Positions 61,320 to 64,000 of a DNA stretch of 64,000 nucleotides are shown one piece after another. Made by a program: the position numbers and the translations under genes. The stretch's first letter is position 1. Each line of letters begins with the position of its first letter. Source of the stretch: Octopus sinensis (taxonomy: Eukaryota); contig NC_043007.1 in assembly GCF_006345805.1 (NCBI RefSeq), forward strand, positions 63,736,001 through 63,800,000, read 5' to 3'. The notes beneath the pieces were generated by a model that saw nothing but the letters and a program-made list of their open reading frames with translations, made no database searches and had not been told where the DNA came from.

Positions 61320-63029
61320 AAATTCTTGTGATGTGTGTATACGTAGGTATGAATACACACACACACACACACACAGAGGGACATCTTAAAAGTAAACAGA
61401 CACCTCATATATATATAGTATTTTGGGATAGCGATTTTTTTTTTTGCCAAATAAACACACGCACTATACATTTGTTCTTCAATTGTTTATTACTCTTCTT
61501 ATTCTAACTCATGTCCATTGTGCTGAAATCTTTTGTCACATATCTGTGACCTCCTCAATGACACTTTCCCTCTTAGTGTGTGTGCTCTTGCTCTGCTTAT
61601 TCTATATATATATATATATATATAGAATGAGGCGTGTCTATTTACATTTGGAATGGCTGCATATATATCCTTAAAGATGCATGTCTCTACAGTAAAATGC
61701 ATCTTCTATAGTTGCATTTGTCAACATTTGTATGTAGAAACACTCAAATGTTCCAATAAACATTTTATAGTAACATAATCTATTCAAGCTAACACTTTTA
61801 AATAGTTTAAAATTTCTTATAAGAAAACTACTAAAAGCAACATTAACTTTGATCTCCATCTGACCTATGCTAACCTATAAGCATTTTGCTTTATGAACCC
61901 CAAAGCAGCATAAAACAATTCTTATGTGCAAAGAGTTTTGGTTAGTAACAAGAAAAACTTCAACCAACATATAGTATGACCCTGCATATGATACATCTGT
62001 TGACTCCTTTACATGCATATCTGACTGAACCCCAAACTATAACAAACTTTCACCATGAAACCAGAATAACTGTCTCCCCAACCTTTCCCCTCAATCTACA
62101 CTCTACAAACATGTACTTTCCTCCTAACCTCTGTCAACCCTCTTCCTACACAACTACTTCTCCTCTCTACTTACATAATACCTAATTCTCAATGACATTA
62201 CTCCACCTACCAAAGCAATACCATGTGAAAAATCTATATAAAGCAGAAAGACCAAAGTAAACCATAGTCTGATGGTACTGGTAAGCTGAAATTTACATGA
62301 GAAACCAACGGTAACTTTCTGACCAACCATAACCAAAAAGCGATGCAACTAAATAATTACAGGTCATCTTTTAGGATCTCAGAGTAGCACACAGTTATGT
62401 CTTTGGCCATCTACATTTGGCATTTAAAAGAAGAGGGAATGCCATACAGGATTAATGGGAGCTCCTAAAACAGCCTGGACCATACCTCAACAAGGAGTAG
62501 ACAATGCAAACAAGGATCCCCAGAAATTTACTTGATGGGGAAGGGGGGGCGTTCTTAAATTCCAAAAGTGAATGTTTAGTCAGTGCCCTCGTGAGAGAAA
62601 ATTTGTGTTGGAAACATGGACTTTCCTGCTTACTGACTAGTGATCTGAAATCATACATAAACTGACTCTTTTCAGACACAACTGGAAACATTCAAAGAGA
62701 CAAAAGAAGATAACTCCATCTCGCTCAGAAAGGTTTGCACTTTGAAGAATTTCATTTCAGGGTTTTTTTCACAACCTTGCTGACCAAGACTGTATTCTTA
62801 CCTCTTTTAGTAACGAGGTTATGTATCACCTATATTGCTAAGAGCAATAACAGACATGAAACCAACAGTAACTTTCTGACCAGTCATAACCAATGTAAAA
62901 TATTATTGCTCAAAAAACTTTTTTAGTGCTTTTTGTCAGACTTATGAACTACTGACATTATATATATATATATATATACACCACACACACACAATATATA
63001 TATGTATTATATATTATATATAAATATTA

Positions 63030-63370
63030 TGGCTGATAAGAAGTTTGCTTTACAGCCACATGGTTCCAGGCTCAGTCCTGTTGCATGGCACTTTGAGCAA
63101 TTGTCTTCTTTTATAGCCCTAGGTCAACCAAAGCCTTGTGAGTAGATTTGGTAGATAGAAACTGAAAGCCTGTCATATATATGTGTGTGTGTATGTGTCC
63201 CACCATTGGTTGACAACTGGTGTTGGTTTGTTTATATCTCTGTAACTTAACGGTTTGGCAAATGAGACTGATAAAATAAATGCCAGGCATAAAATAAAGA
63301 AGTACTTGGGTCAATTTGTTAGGCTAATCCCTTTGAGGGATTGGCTGCAGTCCAATGAATTAACTTGAAC
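63030..63370 (+). mobile_element. tRNA-derived SINE, family A
   Basis: cacatggttccaggctcagtcc...aaagccttgtgagtagatttggtaga...ttgacaactggtgttgg...aagtacttggg. Confidence 0.7.
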
Positions 63371-64000
63371 GGTAGAAGATATAATATATATACATATGTA
63401 TGTATGTATGTGTATATGTAAATATAATTATATATTTATACATATTATATATGATATACATATTCTATATAATTGTATATTTATACATATACATATGATA
63501 TATATATAGAATGGTTGTATACTGTCAATCTAACAAGAACGTGACAAAATGTACATTGACAATATCAAGAAAAGAAATGATGTAAGAAGATAAAAGTGCC
63601 AGAGGAAGATCGAGACCAAAACATGAATTTGAATACTTTGTCTTTATACAAGCAATATGTATAGCTATACATGTACTCACATGTGAATTGGTGAACTGAA
63701 AAATTAAAAGAAAACAAAACGAAATGGAAAAGAAAAAGAATGCAAGCAAAGGAATTAGAAATTATATTATGGTAAGATAATGATATATCGGAGACTTAGA
63801 ACTTGAAGACAATTTTTATGAAGAATAATATAATATACTTTAAAGGTGAGTAGTTATTGGTGTGAAATTTTGCAACTGGCAAATTTGAGAGCATCTTGGT
63901 CTACAAACTAGAGGCCCTGTGCTTCATATACTATCATTGGTGCAGTATAGAGCCCCTTCCATAGCTAAGACAGCTGTCTTTCAAATGTTACAATCCATTC

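Noticed and set aside
62452-62691. ORF as a RAB3GAP2 exon
   Set aside because: No sustained similarity and no compatible splice sites.

Overview
AT-rich, intron- and repeat-rich eukaryotic genomic DNA. It is inferred to be a coleoid cephalopod, most likely Octopus, from the SINE/RTE repeat content and microsatellite density; no database check was run. Three spliced genes were reconstructed by hand. (1) An unidentified multi-exon gene on the minus strand: 7 phase-compatible coding exons at 1251-22670, with more probably upstream. (2) MRPL14 on the plus strand (CDS 43955-44031 + 47524-47896, 149 aa with an N-terminal mitochondrial presequence), apparently head-to-head with gene 1 across a very compact promoter at about 38400-38505. 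(3) The last five coding exons of RAB3GAP2 on the minus strand (51666-58465), convergent with MRPL14. Introns contain RTE LINEs, R4/Dong-like and CR1/L2-like LINE remnants, two tRNA-derived SINE families, non-autonomous Helitrons, mariner MITEs/remnants, a Penelope-like fragment and very long microsatellites. The most unusual structure is a ~560-bp palindrome at 21624-22178: two zero-spacer head-to-head copies of a unit with a tRNA-derived Pol III head, an AAT tract and a minimal Penelope-type hammerhead ribozyme motif. A second hammerhead-bearing inverted repeat and a third motif lie beside the Penelope fragment at 41733-42052. Repeat boundaries are approximate; exon boundaries were counted from splice signals.
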